Positions 39,700 to 55,458 of a stretch of DNA of 64,000 bases are shown piece by piece. This stretch comes from Octopus sinensis (lineage: Eukaryota): assembly GCF_006345805.1 (NCBI RefSeq), contig NC_043014.1, positions 51,522,001 to 51,586,000 on the forward strand, read 5' to 3'. Positions within the stretch are counted from its first letter, which is position 1. The number at the start of each line of letters is the position of its first letter. The translations under genes were made by a program, and so were the position numbers. The notes below the pieces were generated by a model. That model saw only the letters and a list, made by a program, of their open reading frames with translations, was not told the origin of the DNA and searched no databases.

Positions 39700-40779
39700 T
39701 TAACTGTCCGAAAATTCGAAGTCTCAGTCAAAAATTTGTTTATTTGGTAGTAATGAATTTGTACTCTACAAAAGTATAGTACAAAATTAAACGTGTGTAT
39801 GCGAATATATATATATATATATACACATATATGTATACACTTTTGTACATAAATATATACGTATATATACATATATGTGTGTGTGTGTGTGTGTATGTGT
39901 GTGAGTGGGTGTGAGAGTTAGAATTTTCTCCTTATTGAACCGATGCTTGATCACGCACATCTGAAGGCCTTTCTTTTTTTTTCTTTTACCAAAGCTCTCT
40001 ATAGAAATGATTAAGAAGCAAACGGACACATACCTTCAAACGTATTAAGTATTCTTCAATTAGCGTAATCTAAGGAAAATATTTTCTTAGGCTGCTCCTT
40101 CTGAAATGCCGAACATGCAGGGCACTTGTTAAGAAGCACTGTTGTAAAGAGATCTTTATCGCTCACTGTAAATGAAAAGCTCTAATGATGTTATTAGAAG
40201 AGATTATGATAGTCGTATCGTTCAAAATTTCCTTCTCACTCTCATTAACTGACTCTCCACTGGAATGTATCTACAAGAATTTGTAGCTGAGTGGAAGGAA
40301 ATGATTGGCTGTTTAACTCCGGGGGACCTCTAACTATATGCTTATGTACAGAGATTATGTCGCTCTGACCATTTTACTGCAAAGGGCCAGATTATATGAA
40401 GTGGGTTTTTGGAGAAAAAAATTGTGTATGGTTATGGAGAAATATTGTGGCAAGTTTTAATAGGGACGCCGACTGTGCTCAGTCTCATTAAATACTAAAA
40501 AATGATAAAAAGAAACGAATCTATATGATATATTTCGCTATTTTTTGCTTTTATGATTAGAAGTAGGTAATCGCTGCTGTCCATAAAATATGTATTTATA
40601 CATAATATTCAGAAGTTGTGGATTCAGTTCAAATTATCGAACGTTTCGGAACCTATCATCATTGACCACTGTAAGAGAGAGCCTATCATGTCCTACCACA
40701 GTTCTCTATTCTTTGTTTTCTGCAACCGTCTCAATTCCTGATGTTTAATGCTTCTTCCTTCCAAACAATTCATCAGGCT

Positions 40780-40922
40780 TCACATTTACATCATCCCTCT
40801 AATTTCTTTCCTTCTTTACCCTGCATTCTTTCAGGGCATGGCTAAATTCTTCAGGTTCTTCTTCCTCATCACATGATTGAGAAAACTAATTTGCTTGGCT
40901 GTGATTACAACTGCAATTACTT
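40780..40922 (-). mobile_element. RTE-clade LINE ORF C-terminal remnant
   Basis: VITAKQISFLNHVMRKKNLKNLAM then frameshifted MQGKEGK, resembling the RTE pattern RQL.FLGHVMR..LE.L...GKIEGKR. Confidence 0.55.
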
Positions 40923-41194
40923 CACATAGCAGTTAGTTGTTCACATTTTACGACTGTATATTGTAGAAATCTCTATCTTTGAACTTTGCAATTACTTCGA
41001 TATCAGAGCAAATGTTTCGGAATTTATAATTTTCAATTAAGATTCATGGAATGCTATAAATTATTGATGCGATAGGCATACACACACACACGGGGGGGGG
41101 GATATGTACACACACACACACACACAAATATATATATATATATATATTTATGTAGACACGCACATAAACTCGTATGCACAGAAACACTCACACA

Positions 41195-41350
41195 CGAGTG
41201 TGTGGTAAGAAGTTAGTATCTCAACTACATCTTTATCAGGGTTCAGTCCCACTCTGTAGCAGCTTGGGCAAGTGTGTTCTCCTATACCCTTGGGCCGACC
41301 AAAGCCTTGTGAGTGAATTTGCTAGACAGAAACTGAAAGAAGCACGTCGT
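41195..41350 (+). mobile_element. SINE family A, 5' half
   Basis: GGGTTCAGTCCCACT, TTGGGCAAGTGT, GCCGACCAAAGCCTTGTGAGTG, AACTGAAAGAAGC. Confidence 0.82.
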
Positions 41351-42747
41351 GTGTATATATATATATAAATAAAATTTTTATCGTTAGATCAGAATCCCAG
41401 TGTGCTATTTGTAAAATTGTATTTCGATAAAACGCCTTTGATTAACTGTGTGTTGAAGCTGCATCCGACCTTAGGTATTTAGGTCCACATGACCAATTGC
41501 ATATTAGGGAAAGATGGGCCCTCTCATAACTACTCACTATTTATATCTGGAAGGAATGTGATTTGAAAATGCAAAATATGTCCCCTAATTGTATTCCAAT
41601 TCTTAAAATCTATCGACCTCGACTGTTGCTTTATTCATAGACCCAGGCACATAATTAAGTCGGACATAATTCATGAGAGACAATATCCAATTCAGAGAGC
41701 CCAGAAACGTGAAAATAGCACAATCTCACTTCCTCTCAAACGGTTTAGCAACTTTGTGAATTAGCTTTCTATGATTCTGTCTTCTGACATGTTTAATAGC
41801 TTCTTAGATTGTCACATACGAGTGCTATATGTGATATGAATATTTAACGAATGAATTGTCTCTTGAGCCGACATCCAGAGCTTGAATTATGTTTGAGTAT
41901 CAATTTTGTGATTAATGAACGTCCAAATTATCGCTTATTGAACTTGAGATCATCGCCTAAACAAACAAAATAAATTTCTGGCATGTATTGAATGCGGCCG
42001 TGTAGAGTTTAGGACATTTCTGTCTTTACGTCAATATCAATAAGATTTCAAAATTGACGGAAAGTTTAACCGTTTACAAGCGAAACACGATCGTCAAAAT
42101 TGTTCTTACACCTTGTAAATTATTTATGACTTATAAACAATGAGACATCAGGTAACAACCGGCGCCTTCGTGGAATGTCATAATAAGATGTAGAAAAGCC
42201 GTAACACATTACCACAAAGTGTTTATGGTTTTGTTCCGACTATTCTTGGTTGGTAATTGTTGTCTATTACTTCAATTAAATTACAGTGTCTGGCTTTTAG
42301 CAATCTTTTGGCTTTTAATGTTCTCCTCTGAGTTGAATGTGTTCTAATCATGGTTACGAGGACAAAATTGTAATATATCCCTCGCCTCATGTCAGAAACC
42401 CGTTGAAAACTATACGGTAGTCATACACACACACAAATGACTTTGTGTGCTTTTTGTTTTTACAAATCACAATCTGTCGAGTTCTGCTTTGGTCGCTCGC
42501 AAGGAAGCCACGGATAAAGGAAGACTACCCAATGTCTCAATCTATCCAGTATGGCCGAAACCCTTATGAACCATTTCCTGACGAAATGAACTGCTTCTCC
42601 ACACTTCCATGCTTCTATAATTACAGCAATCCCTCGACTATCGCGGATGTTACGTTCCCCCCCCCTCATCTCCAGCGATAGGTAAAAATCCACAAAGTAG
42701 AAACAGTAATGTACTGTATATCTTTTTCAAATTATTTTAATAATTTA

Positions 42748-43148
42748 CTAGCAGTATCGCCCGGCGTTGCTCGGGTTTGTAAGGGAAATAACTATATAAG
42801 CATTTTTTAGAGAGTTGTAGCCAAAAAATAGCAAAATATGCATTAAAAATGGAAAAAAAATGATGGTAATCTTTTTAAAAATTCGTTGACTCATCGTAGA
42901 CATTTTTAGAGAGTTACTTCCCTTATATAATAGCGAGAAAATGCATTAAAATGGAAAAAAATGATGGTAATTTAAAAAAAAAATCTTAGACTCATCGTAG
43001 ACGCGCGCTAATACCCAGAAGGGCTCGATATGAATCACGACTATAAGATACCCGGTTTTGGTTAAACTGCACCGCAAAATGTGGGAGTAGTTAGGAATCT
43101 AAATCGTAGGAGACAGACAGAACACAACCTTACTTTTGTATATAAAGA
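42748..43148 (-). mobile_element. Non-autonomous Helitron
   Basis: - strand starts TC at 43148 after A and ends CTAG at 42748 before T; hairpin at 42760-42775; internal ~100-bp duplication. Confidence 0.88.
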
Positions 43149-43915
43149 TTTATATTTATTTTATTATAAACGCAAAAGAGCACTCAGGGATAAATCAACA
43201 TAAGCTTAAACGATAAACCGCAATATGGCTAGGAATTACTGTATATTTATTAAACGTAAACACTTTTGACAACCACGAGTGGCTTTTCAACCAATGGTGT
43301 AATTTTCGCCATTATAAATAATTATCTGATATATTAGGAATTCTTTCTACAACCGTTAGTGAATACTTGGTAAATATCATAGGCTTTCGGAAAAGTCAAC
43401 AACGAATCCTTAGAAACACAAGTATTTGGATAAGATTGCGCGTAACGAAATTAGCTGCTTTAATTGTTTACCCACACCCCCACACCACCACACACACGCA
43501 CACGCGCGCGCATTGATGATGTGTATATATGCACGGACGTACAAATTAAGAATATAAGTCACATTTAACGAGAAGTTCGCAATTTCAGATAATCGTACTA
43601 GGAAAATTCGTTTCGTATTTTACCATTACGAAACATGATACTTTTTTTTATTTAATTTTGTTCTACGCATTAAGCATAATCGGTACATAGTGCATATATA
43701 TGCATTCATTTGTGTTTTGTGTATTTGAGTTTGTCTACACACACACTCACACACACACACATAATTGAAGATGAGAGTGGAGATTTATTCACATCGAAAA
43801 TGTTTTTAAAGATACCTTTTTACAGCATATTTAACAATGACCAACATATATGTTTCCCACATATTTTCAACTCTATATTTATCTATCTATCTGTCTGTCT
43901 GCCTGCCTGTCTGCC

Positions 43916-43950
<35 letters not shown>

Positions 43951-43993
43951 ATCTATATCTATCTATATCTCTCTATCTATTTATCTATCGATC

Positions 43994-44024
<31 letters not shown>

Positions 44025-44047
44025 ATAAGCCAGCTTTGGTACTATAC

Positions 44048-44224
44048 GTGTACCGTTGGCGATTTATTTGCCATCTTTTGACTTTTTCATTTCCCCTTTC
44101 CGATGAGGAGCAATACTCGAAACGTTAAACTCTCACTTTCCACCGAGCGTCAAGCTAATACTTTTCTTGTTCACGTCTCACGGTCGGCTTTTTGTTTAAT
44201 TTTCATTCGTTTATTTGAATTGAC

Positions 44225-44225
<1 letters not shown>
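44048..44225 (+). mobile_element. Family D-related repeat with hammerhead-like fold
   Basis: TTT-CCGATGA-G-GAG(CAATA)CTC-GAAA-CGTT-AAA at 44097-44129; leader GTGTACC(G/A)TTGGCGATTT shared with 47300; ends at (TA)n. Confidence 0.65.
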
Positions 44226-44257
<32 letters not shown>

Positions 44258-44260
44258 ATA

Positions 44261-44318
<58 letters not shown>

Positions 44319-46056
44319 TAGGTGGATAGATAGATAGATAGACAGATCGCGAGATATAGATATGATTACATCTACGTGTGACCTATGGTAGTTTTCATGT
44401 TCGGAGTGTACAGTAATTGCATGGCATTCTATAGTCTGCTGTGTCTTTTTCTACACAAAATATATGTGTGTATACGCTGAGTGAATGATTCTCTTTAATG
44501 TGATAGGACTTCAAATAAGGGAACTGTCAACCGTTACTTTTAGGAAAGAACCGAACACTTCACTGCGATATAATTTCGGTTATAAGGGGATAAGGGGAGA
44601 AAATCTTCGCTTTCATTGTTGATGTACGTGTCTGGATGGCAAGAACAGTTCGGAATATAAGCGAAGCCGTACCTGTCCCGGCAAATCTGGTTCAGTTAAG
44701 ATCTGTAATTTTCTATTAACTTACTGTTGATGTACTGCACTTTGTGGCGTTAGCTATCGTAGGACAATTTGTGGCGTTAGTTATGAGGGTGTCATCAATG
44801 TAGTGACAACACGTATTTACACCATTTCCAAAGATGACTCAAGATTATTTTTATTCATTTTTATGTATATATTTGCATGTAGATAATTACAATGCTTACC
44901 AGATTAGCAGAAAGAGCGAAGGAAAGACACCGTATTATACAATAAAGTAGACGGATAGATAAATCAATAGACAGAGAAGTAGGCTATGAGACAGATAGAT
45001 ATATAGATTGGTAGCTAATTCAGTTTAAGCTTGAGTAGATACGACCGTTATTTGAGAAGGTAATTGAAGAAAACAAACGTATTTCTTCGTTGATTTGTTA
45101 CATCTATATATACTTGTTACATCTATATATATTTGTTACATATATATATATATATATGTTATATATATATATAGAGAGAGAGATAGATAGATAGATACAT
45201 ACGTACATATATACATTTATATATATGTATATATACATTTATGAACACACACGCATGTGTCCGTGTGTGTGTGTGTGTGTGTGTGTAGAGGGCGCAATTT
45301 CTTTATTGATATATAGCGATCATAGCTTCACGGAGTCTTCCCTTGGAACACGTTTTACACGGTCACGTTCAAATCCGTTCCTTGTGTCATCCATTAGCTT
45401 TTAAAGTATATTAACGTTGCTGCGCTCGCTAGCTTATATATTTCCATTGATCGGCCATATTCTATGCAAACATTCGAGTCTCGGTAGACTGTGTTGTGCA
45501 AGCAGAGAATATTTTGTAGGCCGCTGTCTCCGTATATAATCATTCTATATGCAATCATCAGACACACACTCGTATTCTCTTCGTCTCAATATACACCTCT
45601 CTCTCTCTCTCCTTCTCATACACACACAGGCCAACACACGCGCAGCCATTTTTATGTTCCATTTCGTATTTTCCAGACTCTATTATTTACAGAGTTCACC
45701 TTCTCCGTATTGCTTTCAATTTTCTTCTTCTTCTCTTACAATACAGAATTTATAAACCATTTGCCGCTGTGATTCAACGACGGAACAGTAAATATTTAAA
45801 CTGTATGACATACTCATTCAGTCTCTCATTACTGCTGTGACACTCGCCCATAATAGAAAAATATAACACAATTAGTTTTCGAATATTACATTGTCTGACT
45901 TCTTGTTCAACCTTATCTGATTGTCACACTGTGTTTGAAATACAAGCATATATATCTGTATATATATATATATATAAATATATGTTTGATTACAAACATA
46001 TATAAGAACATAAGCATATCTATACTTGCATACATACATTCATAGAAGCATATACA

Positions 46057-46101
<45 letters not shown>

Positions 46102-46884
46102 CTTGCAAGTATCTATACTTGCATACATACATTCATAGAAGAATATATACACACACACATATATATATATGTTTATATATTTATTTATTTATTTATTATG
46201 TAGCTGTCACTAAGTTTATATGATTATCCATGTACGTTTTGTTTGCTACCACCCCTCCAACTTACGTTTCTTCAATGCGAACTACGCACAACTAGCATAA
46301 ACCTATTCTAATCATTATTTTGGAATAACTAGTTTTCTACACCAATCTAATATATCTGCTGTTGTATATTACTTTCTCGTGTAGAATTACATATTATCTT
46401 TAACAGGGAAATATACATAATCACAAAACGCACACATACTGTATATAAATATACATACACACACACACACACACATACACACACACCACACACACACACA
46501 TACACATATAATATATATATTATATATATAATTATTATATATATATATATATATATTGTGTTAAAATTGCTATTTCGAATGAGATAGCACAAGAGTTAAC
46601 GAATGCTTACACTTCCCTGCAAATATATATAAATCTAACTTTCGATTAAGTATCATTCACAATTCGTCGTCCGATTGTATTTTCGCATTGTATACTTTAT
46701 AAGCGAAGATATGAATATTTGGGAAGAATCATCCTTCCCAACCACACTGTGCCACGATCGATCCCACTTCATGGCAACCTGGGGGATTCCCGCGTTGCTG
46801 CAGTATTTGGAGTCCGGGCTGGAATTTGTTTTGTGTAAACGAGTCGAAGGCCTTCTGCGATTTGCTCTGGATCTCGGCAACGGT

Positions 46885-47070
46885 GTTAAGCGAAATGCTT
46901 AGCGGTATTTCGTCTGTCTTTATGTTCTGAGTTCAAATTCCGCCATGATCGACTTTGCATTTCATCCTTTCGGAGTCGATAAATTAAATAGCAGTTGCGT
47001 ACTGGGGTCGATCTAATTGACTGGCCCCTTCCCCCAAAATTTCGAGCCAGGTGCCTAGAGTAAAAGAGAA
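46885..47070 (+). mobile_element. SINE family B variant
   Basis: GGTATTTCGTCTG..GAGTTCAAATTCCGCC..TTTCATCCTTTCGG..GGGGTCGATCTAAT; alternative tail. Confidence 0.85.
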
Positions 47071-47193
47071 TGTTGAATTAAGCTGCAATTTTCTGTTAAG
47101 TTCTGTCGTCGTAAGTTTGTTATGCAATCATCTACGGAAAGACTACTGCACAATATAATGATGCATGCTAGTGAAATGTGTTTAAATATAAAC

Positions 47194-47284
<91 letters not shown>

Positions 47285-47299
47285 CAAAATGTGACCTTG

Positions 47300-47456
47300 T
47301 GTGTACCATTGGCGATTTTTTTCCTCTGTCTTCCCTTCTCTGGATCTTTCCTTCTCCTGTTTCCGACGAAGAGCTCAGCTCGAAACTTTAAACCCTTCTT
47401 CTTTCGTTCTTTCCTGAGCGTCCAGTTATACTATGTTTGTTCCATGTCCTCGCGTT
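47300..47456 (+). mobile_element. Family D-related repeat with hammerhead-like fold
   Basis: GTTT-CCGACGA-A-GAGC(TCA)GCTC-GAAA-CTTT-AAAC at 47359-47393; lies between (TA)n tracts. Confidence 0.7.
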
Positions 47457-47652
47457 ATATATATATATATACAGTGTACATTAAACGCATGAGGAATCCA
47501 CTCCTGGGATTCAAAACGCTAGAAAAAACAGCTAGGCTCTATAACCACAAAATTAGGGATAACATTGGACAGGAGCGAAATGAAAAATAAAAACATTTTA
47601 CAATCTAGTTTCCTGGAATGGACTAAATTTTTACACGTAGACCTCTGATACG

Positions 47653-47705
<53 letters not shown>

Positions 47706-48945
47706 TACATATTGTCTTGATATTGCATGGACCGTTGTCAGACACTTGGGTATTTATAATAAGGTGTGAAAACTTAGGGTATGCAAATTAGTATTCCCTC
47801 GTCTCTCTAGTTACTGTAATTGTTAAGTATACAAATAGATTGGCATCTTGTTACTCTGAGTCTCGTGAAACTAAAGCAGCCCCCTCTGATGTGAATGCAA
47901 TAAGATATAGACATCACTTAAGGATGTTTATAACAGTTTTCAATCTAAGAAAAAAACATCTAAATTAGCCCTGTTTATAAAGATACTCTATGCGTTACAT
48001 ATATACTGATATTAATACTACAGAAAGAAGTTAGCGAAACGGTTGTAACATTACGCAAGTCACGTAGTTAAATAAGCATATCATCACATATGCATCATGA
48101 GTATATGGTTTTATAAACTCCTCATGAAATAATTTCAACGATCCGAATTTCTGGGTTTTCACTTTCATGGACAAACTGCATTACATTCTATATATACATA
48201 TATGTATGTAATTTAGTAGTATAAGATGTAGACGCAAAGAAACTTGCGGCAATCTCAGACGCTCCTCTTATGGACTCGGATAGAGTCCACGATGTTATTA
48301 TTTGCAAAGGGATGTATAAATGTGTGTGTCAGTGTGCATGCGACTAATTTTTGTATCTCTTAAAGAAATGTGTCATCTCGTTAGCAATGTTAGTTATTTC
48401 GGTACCTGAATTCGTAACCGTAAAACAATATTTTCCTGAAGGTCTCTATGGCAATTTGAGTCTTCTGCCAGACATTTTTTGCATAAATTTGAATGCCACA
48501 TTGAAGATTTTATCAAATTCAGTAACTGGGAAAGGCTCTGTTCAAGCTTATGCAGTTGTCGCATTTTCCATTCTGTTTTTAAATAAATTCCCATTAATTT
48601 GTTTCTTTCTACACTCATTTGGATTTACGGAATCCAGTATTATCAGCGGACGTAATTACTTTTCTGTCAATCAGATGTCATAACTCGGTTATCTGTCCCT
48701 AGATCTAAAAATCTGTCACGCTGCGCATAATATTTCAACAAACATTCACTGTTCTGCTCACAGTTACTTGGGACGAGGATATTGTATTTCTTGCTTGCGT
48801 GGTTTACATTAAATACCAATATTTACAGGTTCTGTTTGTGTGCACCACTTTCTGTAGCTGACTTATGAGTTTAACGTGTTGGCTAATTTACGCTCAACTA
48901 TCCCCAGTGTTCTGCGTGTGTGTGCGTGTTCCTATATATATATAT

Positions 48946-48992
<47 letters not shown>

Positions 48993-48995
<3 letters not shown>

Positions 48996-49365
48996 TCTCT
49001 TTTACTTGTTTCAATCATTTGACTGTGGCCATGATGGAGCTAGGACTTATTCTTTGTAAGCCTAGTACTTTTTCTGTCGATCTCTTTTACCGAACCGCTA
49101 ACTTACGGGGACCTAAACACATCGGTTGTCAAGCGATGTTGGTAGGACAAACACAGACACAAAAACACATACACTCACATACACATAGATATATATACAT
49201 ATACATATATACGACGGGCTTCTTTCAGTTTACGTCTACCAAATCCACTCACAAGGCTTTGGTCAGCCTGAGGCTATAGTAGAAGACACTTGCTCAAGGT
49301 GCCAGGCAGTGGGCCTGAACCCAGAACCATATGGTTGGTAAGCATTATACATACCACACGGCCAC
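48993..49365 (-). mobile_element. SINE family A
   Basis: Reverse complement of family A with an internal deletion. Confidence 0.9.
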
Positions 49366-49879
49366 ACAGACATGACTGCAGTTCAATAACTGAAACACAT
49401 AAAGGATAAAAGATTCGTGTGGAGGTGTTTTCGCTTCTGTTCGAGTAGTCAGTGTGTGGGCGTGTGTAATTTACGTGTCTTTAGTCAGGAAATGCGACAA
49501 AATATAAACAAACAATAAACAATTTAACATAGGTAGAACAACTTTGAATTCCTACCAAATACATAAAAGCCGCTTCTATTCAATGCAACAGGAATTGGAG
49601 AGTAAAATATCCATCATTATTACAAAATAATGAGATATTCCAATGTATAATTTTTAAGAGATGAAGGAGGATAAAAAGCAACCGGGATTTAAAGCCTCGC
49701 TTTGGAGTACAATTTGAAAGCCGTACATTAGCTAGAGATGGCTTTTTTGTATTTGTTATTCGCCATTTTGTATTCCAAAGGGGAACATTTCCATTACACT
49801 TTTAATTGCGAAGATTCATTTTCCTGCTAAATATACATCGACATTTATGCGTGCGTACATGCGTGACTACGCAAGTGAA

Positions 49880-49899
49880 TTTGTATATATATATATATA

Positions 49900-49943
<44 letters not shown>

Positions 49944-50288
49944 CATACATATATACATGTGTGTTTGTTTGTTTGTATGTATGTGTATACGTACCTCGTA
50001 CTTTATAAATACAAACACAAACAAGAAAGCATATACATGTGCGTCTGTATGTGTGTGCGTATACACACGCACACACATATATAACATATCTATATAAATA
50101 ATATATATATTATATACATACATACATATATATACATATGTATACATATATATACATATCTATATAAATATATATATATATATACATACATACATATATA
50201 TACATATGTATACATATATATACATAAATATATATACATATATATATACATATATATACATATACATATATATACATATATATATATA

Positions 50289-50334
<46 letters not shown>

Positions 50335-50510
50335 CATATATACATATATATACATACATACATATATATACATACACACATATATATACATATATATACA
50401 TATATATATACATGTATATATATATACATATATATCTCTATATATATATATATATGTATGTATGATATATATATATACACATATGTATGTATGTATATAA
50501 TATACACATA
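49880..50510. repeat. TA/TACA microsatellite
   Basis: Direct reading. Confidence 0.93.
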
Positions 50511-50604
50511 TTCCAACAACTTACCAGGCAAGGTTTTTCCTGTATGTCGGATATATTCATGTAATTTTTTACGTACCACATTGGAGTGTTGTTATTGTTG
50601 TCGT

Positions 50605-50635
<31 letters not shown>

Positions 50636-52902
50636 GTAATATTATTATTTGTCTCATTTTTTGTTTTTTCCCTGCTGTTGTTTTTGTTATTTCTCTCTTG
50701 TCTATTTTATATTTTTATATTACTCAGCAGCTGATTTCAAATTACATCTGCAATATATCCATTGAACATTCTGTGTGCTTTGTATGATATAATACTAAAG
50801 CCAATAATCAATATATTTGATTATTTCTTTCAAATAGCTTTTCTAATCAAAATATTGAGCATGAACGGAAGACGCCATATTTGTGTTTATTTTTATGGTC
50901 CAACCATTGTTTTGCGTTTGTTTCAACGTGCTTACTAATTTGTAGAATATATAAAAATTGATTCTCAGCGCTATAGATCAGCTCGCATTTGGAAACGATT
51001 TCCCATAGAATCCGTGAGAAAATCTATAGTGTCGAGTCCCATAAACTATTTATTCTTTGCTCGCCATCTATTGTGTTGTATCTCCAGCAAATCAGTTACA
51101 GGCACTCTCCACAACTCCTCTTCCAACCCACAAACGCTGGAATGAGATGAGACATCGAGCAGGCTTCAGCACATGCAACCCACCAGCTAAAATCAACAGT
51201 CAAATTTCAATCAGTATAGATGCTAGTGTTTCTTTTCTCTAAGGAAGTTCAAATTCGATAGCGTGTCTTCTGGACACACTATCTTTGAAAACTGACAGAT
51301 GGATATCTTTCCTTCTATACCTGAGAGCTTGTGACTTGAAGCTAAACAACATTAAATCCAGAATGTTTAACCTAGGCTTTTGCTTATCAAATCAATAATT
51401 AGATACACTTACTAAGCGGTTTTAAGATAATCTTAAACTAATCCTGCCGCAAGTTGTGGCCTTGGGTAAGCGTCTTCAAGCATAGCACCCGGTCTACCAC
51501 AGATCTATTTATCTAAGTTAGTAATCGGAGGATTTACAGAAACCACTCAATGAGAACGTTTTTAGTTTGTATTACCCTCCACATTTAACCAGTAGCCATG
51601 TTTAAAGCCATGCATGTTTCTTTGATGTTTGAATTCTACTCAAACAATACGTGTACTGTCTTCTACCTGTAGGAATTTCTCTCCTTTTTCTCCCAACATT
51701 CTCTTCGAACAATTGTTTGGATCTTAACAGAAGTTAGTGTTCAAATATTGTCTACCTTTCTGAAATATGAGCACAATTATGCGGCTTGTCACCTCTCATA
51801 TATTCTTTAACAAAAGAGACCTCCATTTCATCTTATGACAACCATGTGAGCTCACATATTTTCCCCCTGTACGCTAGTGGCAAAACAGGTGAATATCAGC
51901 AAGCGCACAGCTGATGTAAAACACTCTTAAGATTTTTGAAAAATCATATTTCTCCGCTAACGAACATATTTACGAAAGGAATGTATAACTGTAATTTTGT
52001 GCTAACTTTCAACAACTAAATTTCTTTAAGCGACATTTTTCTTATTCTAATGGTAGAAGGGTGGGATTGATATTGTCATGACTTACATGTTCTGACAGGA
52101 GGAGGCTCTTCCTGAAGCATCCGAGTTAATTGTATACTTCTGAAGCTTACATTCCAAATGCTTGCAATACAGTAAGGTTCTCCAAACATTCAAATGGAGA
52201 GGCAATGATTTTATAGGCACAAAGTGGTTGATTCTAATTAGTGTGTGAGTGAGGGCGATATGATTTCGAATATTTGCTCGAAACGAAGCGGCGAAGAATC
52301 AGAATTATTTTCGTAACGGACAAAAGGTTTAGCAGTATTCTTTCCGGTTCTTTTTATGTTCTGAGTTTAAATTCTCTCTTGGTTTTTATCCTGAGTTGAT
52401 AGAGTAAATACCGGGTGAAGACTAGGATTACTGTGATAGATTAAGACATCAAGTTTCTGGCCTTGTAAACTCACTTTTAAACTCTTATTAGCACAAAATA
52501 ATACTTTTTTGGGGCGGGGTAACAATTAAATGGTGTAGATCGAGCTCTGAAATCATTTGGTATAACCGTAAGCGGATCGAAACGGGGACAAAACCTGTAG
52601 ACGCTATTTTAACGAAGAGAATAATAAGAAAAAATAGTCTTTGAAACAGGCAACACATGTCACTTATTCCAAGATGACGATTTCTTCCCAAAATACCTGC
52701 ACAGATCCAATAATACTACACCTGAAAATGCTTAGGATAGGGGCTACTGGGTGACTTCAGTCTCATTTCTGACATCTTAAACCTCTTTTCGACTCCGAAA
52801 GAATAGTGTAAAGCTGATCACGGCAGCATTTGAAATTAAAGGACTAAATTTTAGTAAGCATTTTACTCGAGTCCTTAAACAATCAGTAAATTCACCGTTA
52901 TA

Positions 52903-53064
52903 GTATTATTATTATTATTATTATATTATTATTATTATTATATTATTATATTATTATTATTTCTATCATTATTATTTTTATTATTATTATTTCTATCATT
53001 ATTATTTTTATTATTATTATTTCTATCATTATTATTTTTATTATTATTATTTCTATCATTATTA

Positions 53065-53109
<45 letters not shown>

Positions 53110-53160
53110 TATTAGTAGTAGTAGTAGTAGTAGTAGGAGGAGGAGGAGGAGGAGGAGGAG
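52903..53160. repeat. (ATT)n with 4 exact 30-bp units, then (TAG)n(GAG)n
   Basis: TTATTATTATTTCTATCATTATTATTTTTA x4 at 52951-53070. Confidence 0.93.
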
Positions 53161-53594
53161 AGAGATTATGATGCTTCTCTTGGTTGCGAGAAAGCAGTAA
53201 AATAGGGAACATTGGAAGGATAAGTGCACAGCAGCATATAGAAGAAAATACAAAAGAGAAAAGAAGCAACAATTTTCTTAGTTCGTAATCTAAGATGACT
53301 CAAGATACATCATTCTCTCACCATTTCTCTGTATTATTCTTTCTTTCTTTCTTTCTCCCCCCTCTCTCTCTTTCTCTCTACACGTTATTGAAGAAATCAA
53401 TATGGAAGATTATGCCTTCTGACCGATCATCCATCAGACGTTGAAGAGGAGGAGAGCAAAATCGCATATTCGTTTATAACTCAATAGATACACGTATCCA
53501 ACGCACAACACATTATAAACATCGGTTTACTCCTTTTATAGGTTTTTATGATGTATAGACATACATACACACATCTATATTATTTATATATATT

Positions 53595-53629
<35 letters not shown>

Positions 53630-53827
53630 GGCATATGTGTTTGAGTGTGAGCATTGTGTGTGCACGTATATCAAAACTTATACATGATACACGAATCTAT
53701 TATATACACAAAAGTATATATATATATATATATACATGCCCGTATAAAAATGTACACATGAATATATGTATATATGGATCCATCTATCTATCTATCTATC
53801 CATCTATATATATATATGCATACAGCC

Positions 53828-53882
<55 letters not shown>

Positions 53883-54458
53883 ATATATATATATGTATAC
53901 ATGCATACATATATATATGGGTATATATGTATATATGTATATATATATAGAGAGATATGTATAATGTGTATATGTATATACATATACAGGTATACATATA
54001 TATATATATATATACATGTACATACATATATATATGTATATTTCTATACATACATATATATATATATATATATACATATATTTATGCATATATATATACA
54101 CATACACACATATATATACATTCATATATTCATGCATATATATATATATGAATGCATAAATCAAGGTTTAACACATTACGCTCGCAGGAAGCGCTAGAAA
54201 CCTGATCAAAAGTTTTAGGGAATATAAATTTAGCGAACGATCCTTAACATGAATTCTAAATGTATCAGATTTCTATCCTTGTAAGCAATATAAAGCGATC
54301 GTAAAATGATAGTTATTCGCTTGTTGGCATATGCGTTTAATCTTCAAATGCTGAGCCGTTACCGATCGATTCTGGTCTTCTTACTCTCAATTAGGAAACT
54401 TATCTCGCTAAAACTGACATAGTATTATTGGATCATATACGATAGGCGATGAAAAAGG

Positions 54459-54491
<33 letters not shown>

Positions 54492-55458
54492 GTTGTTATT
54501 ATTGAATAATAACAATAGATCGCCAATCACCTATAGTGCAACATAAATCACTGTGCGTAGATGAAATGTAGGAACACAATACTGTACCGAAAAAAAGAAA
54601 CACCACTGCAAACAACAAAGAATCGACCTCGTACACACCTCACAAACAGAGGTGCAAGATTTGGTAGGTTAGAAGCTCGTATGAATTTATGGTGATAGTA
54701 ATAACAATAATAATAGTAATAACGATACCGACTTGTTTTTAGACAAACGAACGGATGCTTTGTGATCATAAAATTTAGAACTTGTAAGGTCTCGGGGATA
54801 AGACTTTAAAAAGGAGATCAACAAAATCATATAATAATATATAACATCTACCATGATCTGCTACTAAGGAGTAGCTAGATTCTTAAGAAAATAGCATTTC
54901 TTCCGAAACAACATTCATGATCATAAAACGTCAATACAATAGACTTAGCGAATGGATTACGTATATATACGAAACCTAAGGTATGGTAATAAACAAAAGA
55001 TATTTAAATTCTCATGATTTTTTTCGTTGTTGTTGTTTTTCTTGTTACAAACATGGTATTTCATGTTAAATGAATTAGTAGGGATTCTATCCTGAAGCTT
55101 GGAAACGTGTCTTTGGAAACTAAATGAATACAGGATGGCATAGGGATAATTGTCAGCTTCGTGTTTCACAGTCTCTGCATCTTCCTGCATTGGTCCTCAT
55201 ATTTCATAGTTTTCTCAATGTGTTTGATATCCCCATTAATATTATACACTATTTCAAAGTCTATGATTTTACCCTGTATTTTGTGTCTTTGCCCCTTCTC
55301 CTCCATCATATCTAGTCCCCATGTTCCAATAACATAGTTAGTCTCTTAAAAAATCGTATAATTTTCTATAATTTCCTTTGGCGACCAAACCTTTTGCGCA
55401 TGTTTACATCAGCTTTTCTTCACTTTCTATTCACTGTAATAGAAAGGTATGACTATTA

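Noticed and set aside
42445-42681. 78-aa complex ORF as a possible exon
   Set aside because: No acceptor AG after the pyrimidine tract and no recognisable domain.
48351-48683. 110-aa ORF or possible RT remnant
   Set aside because: No motif I can support on either strand.
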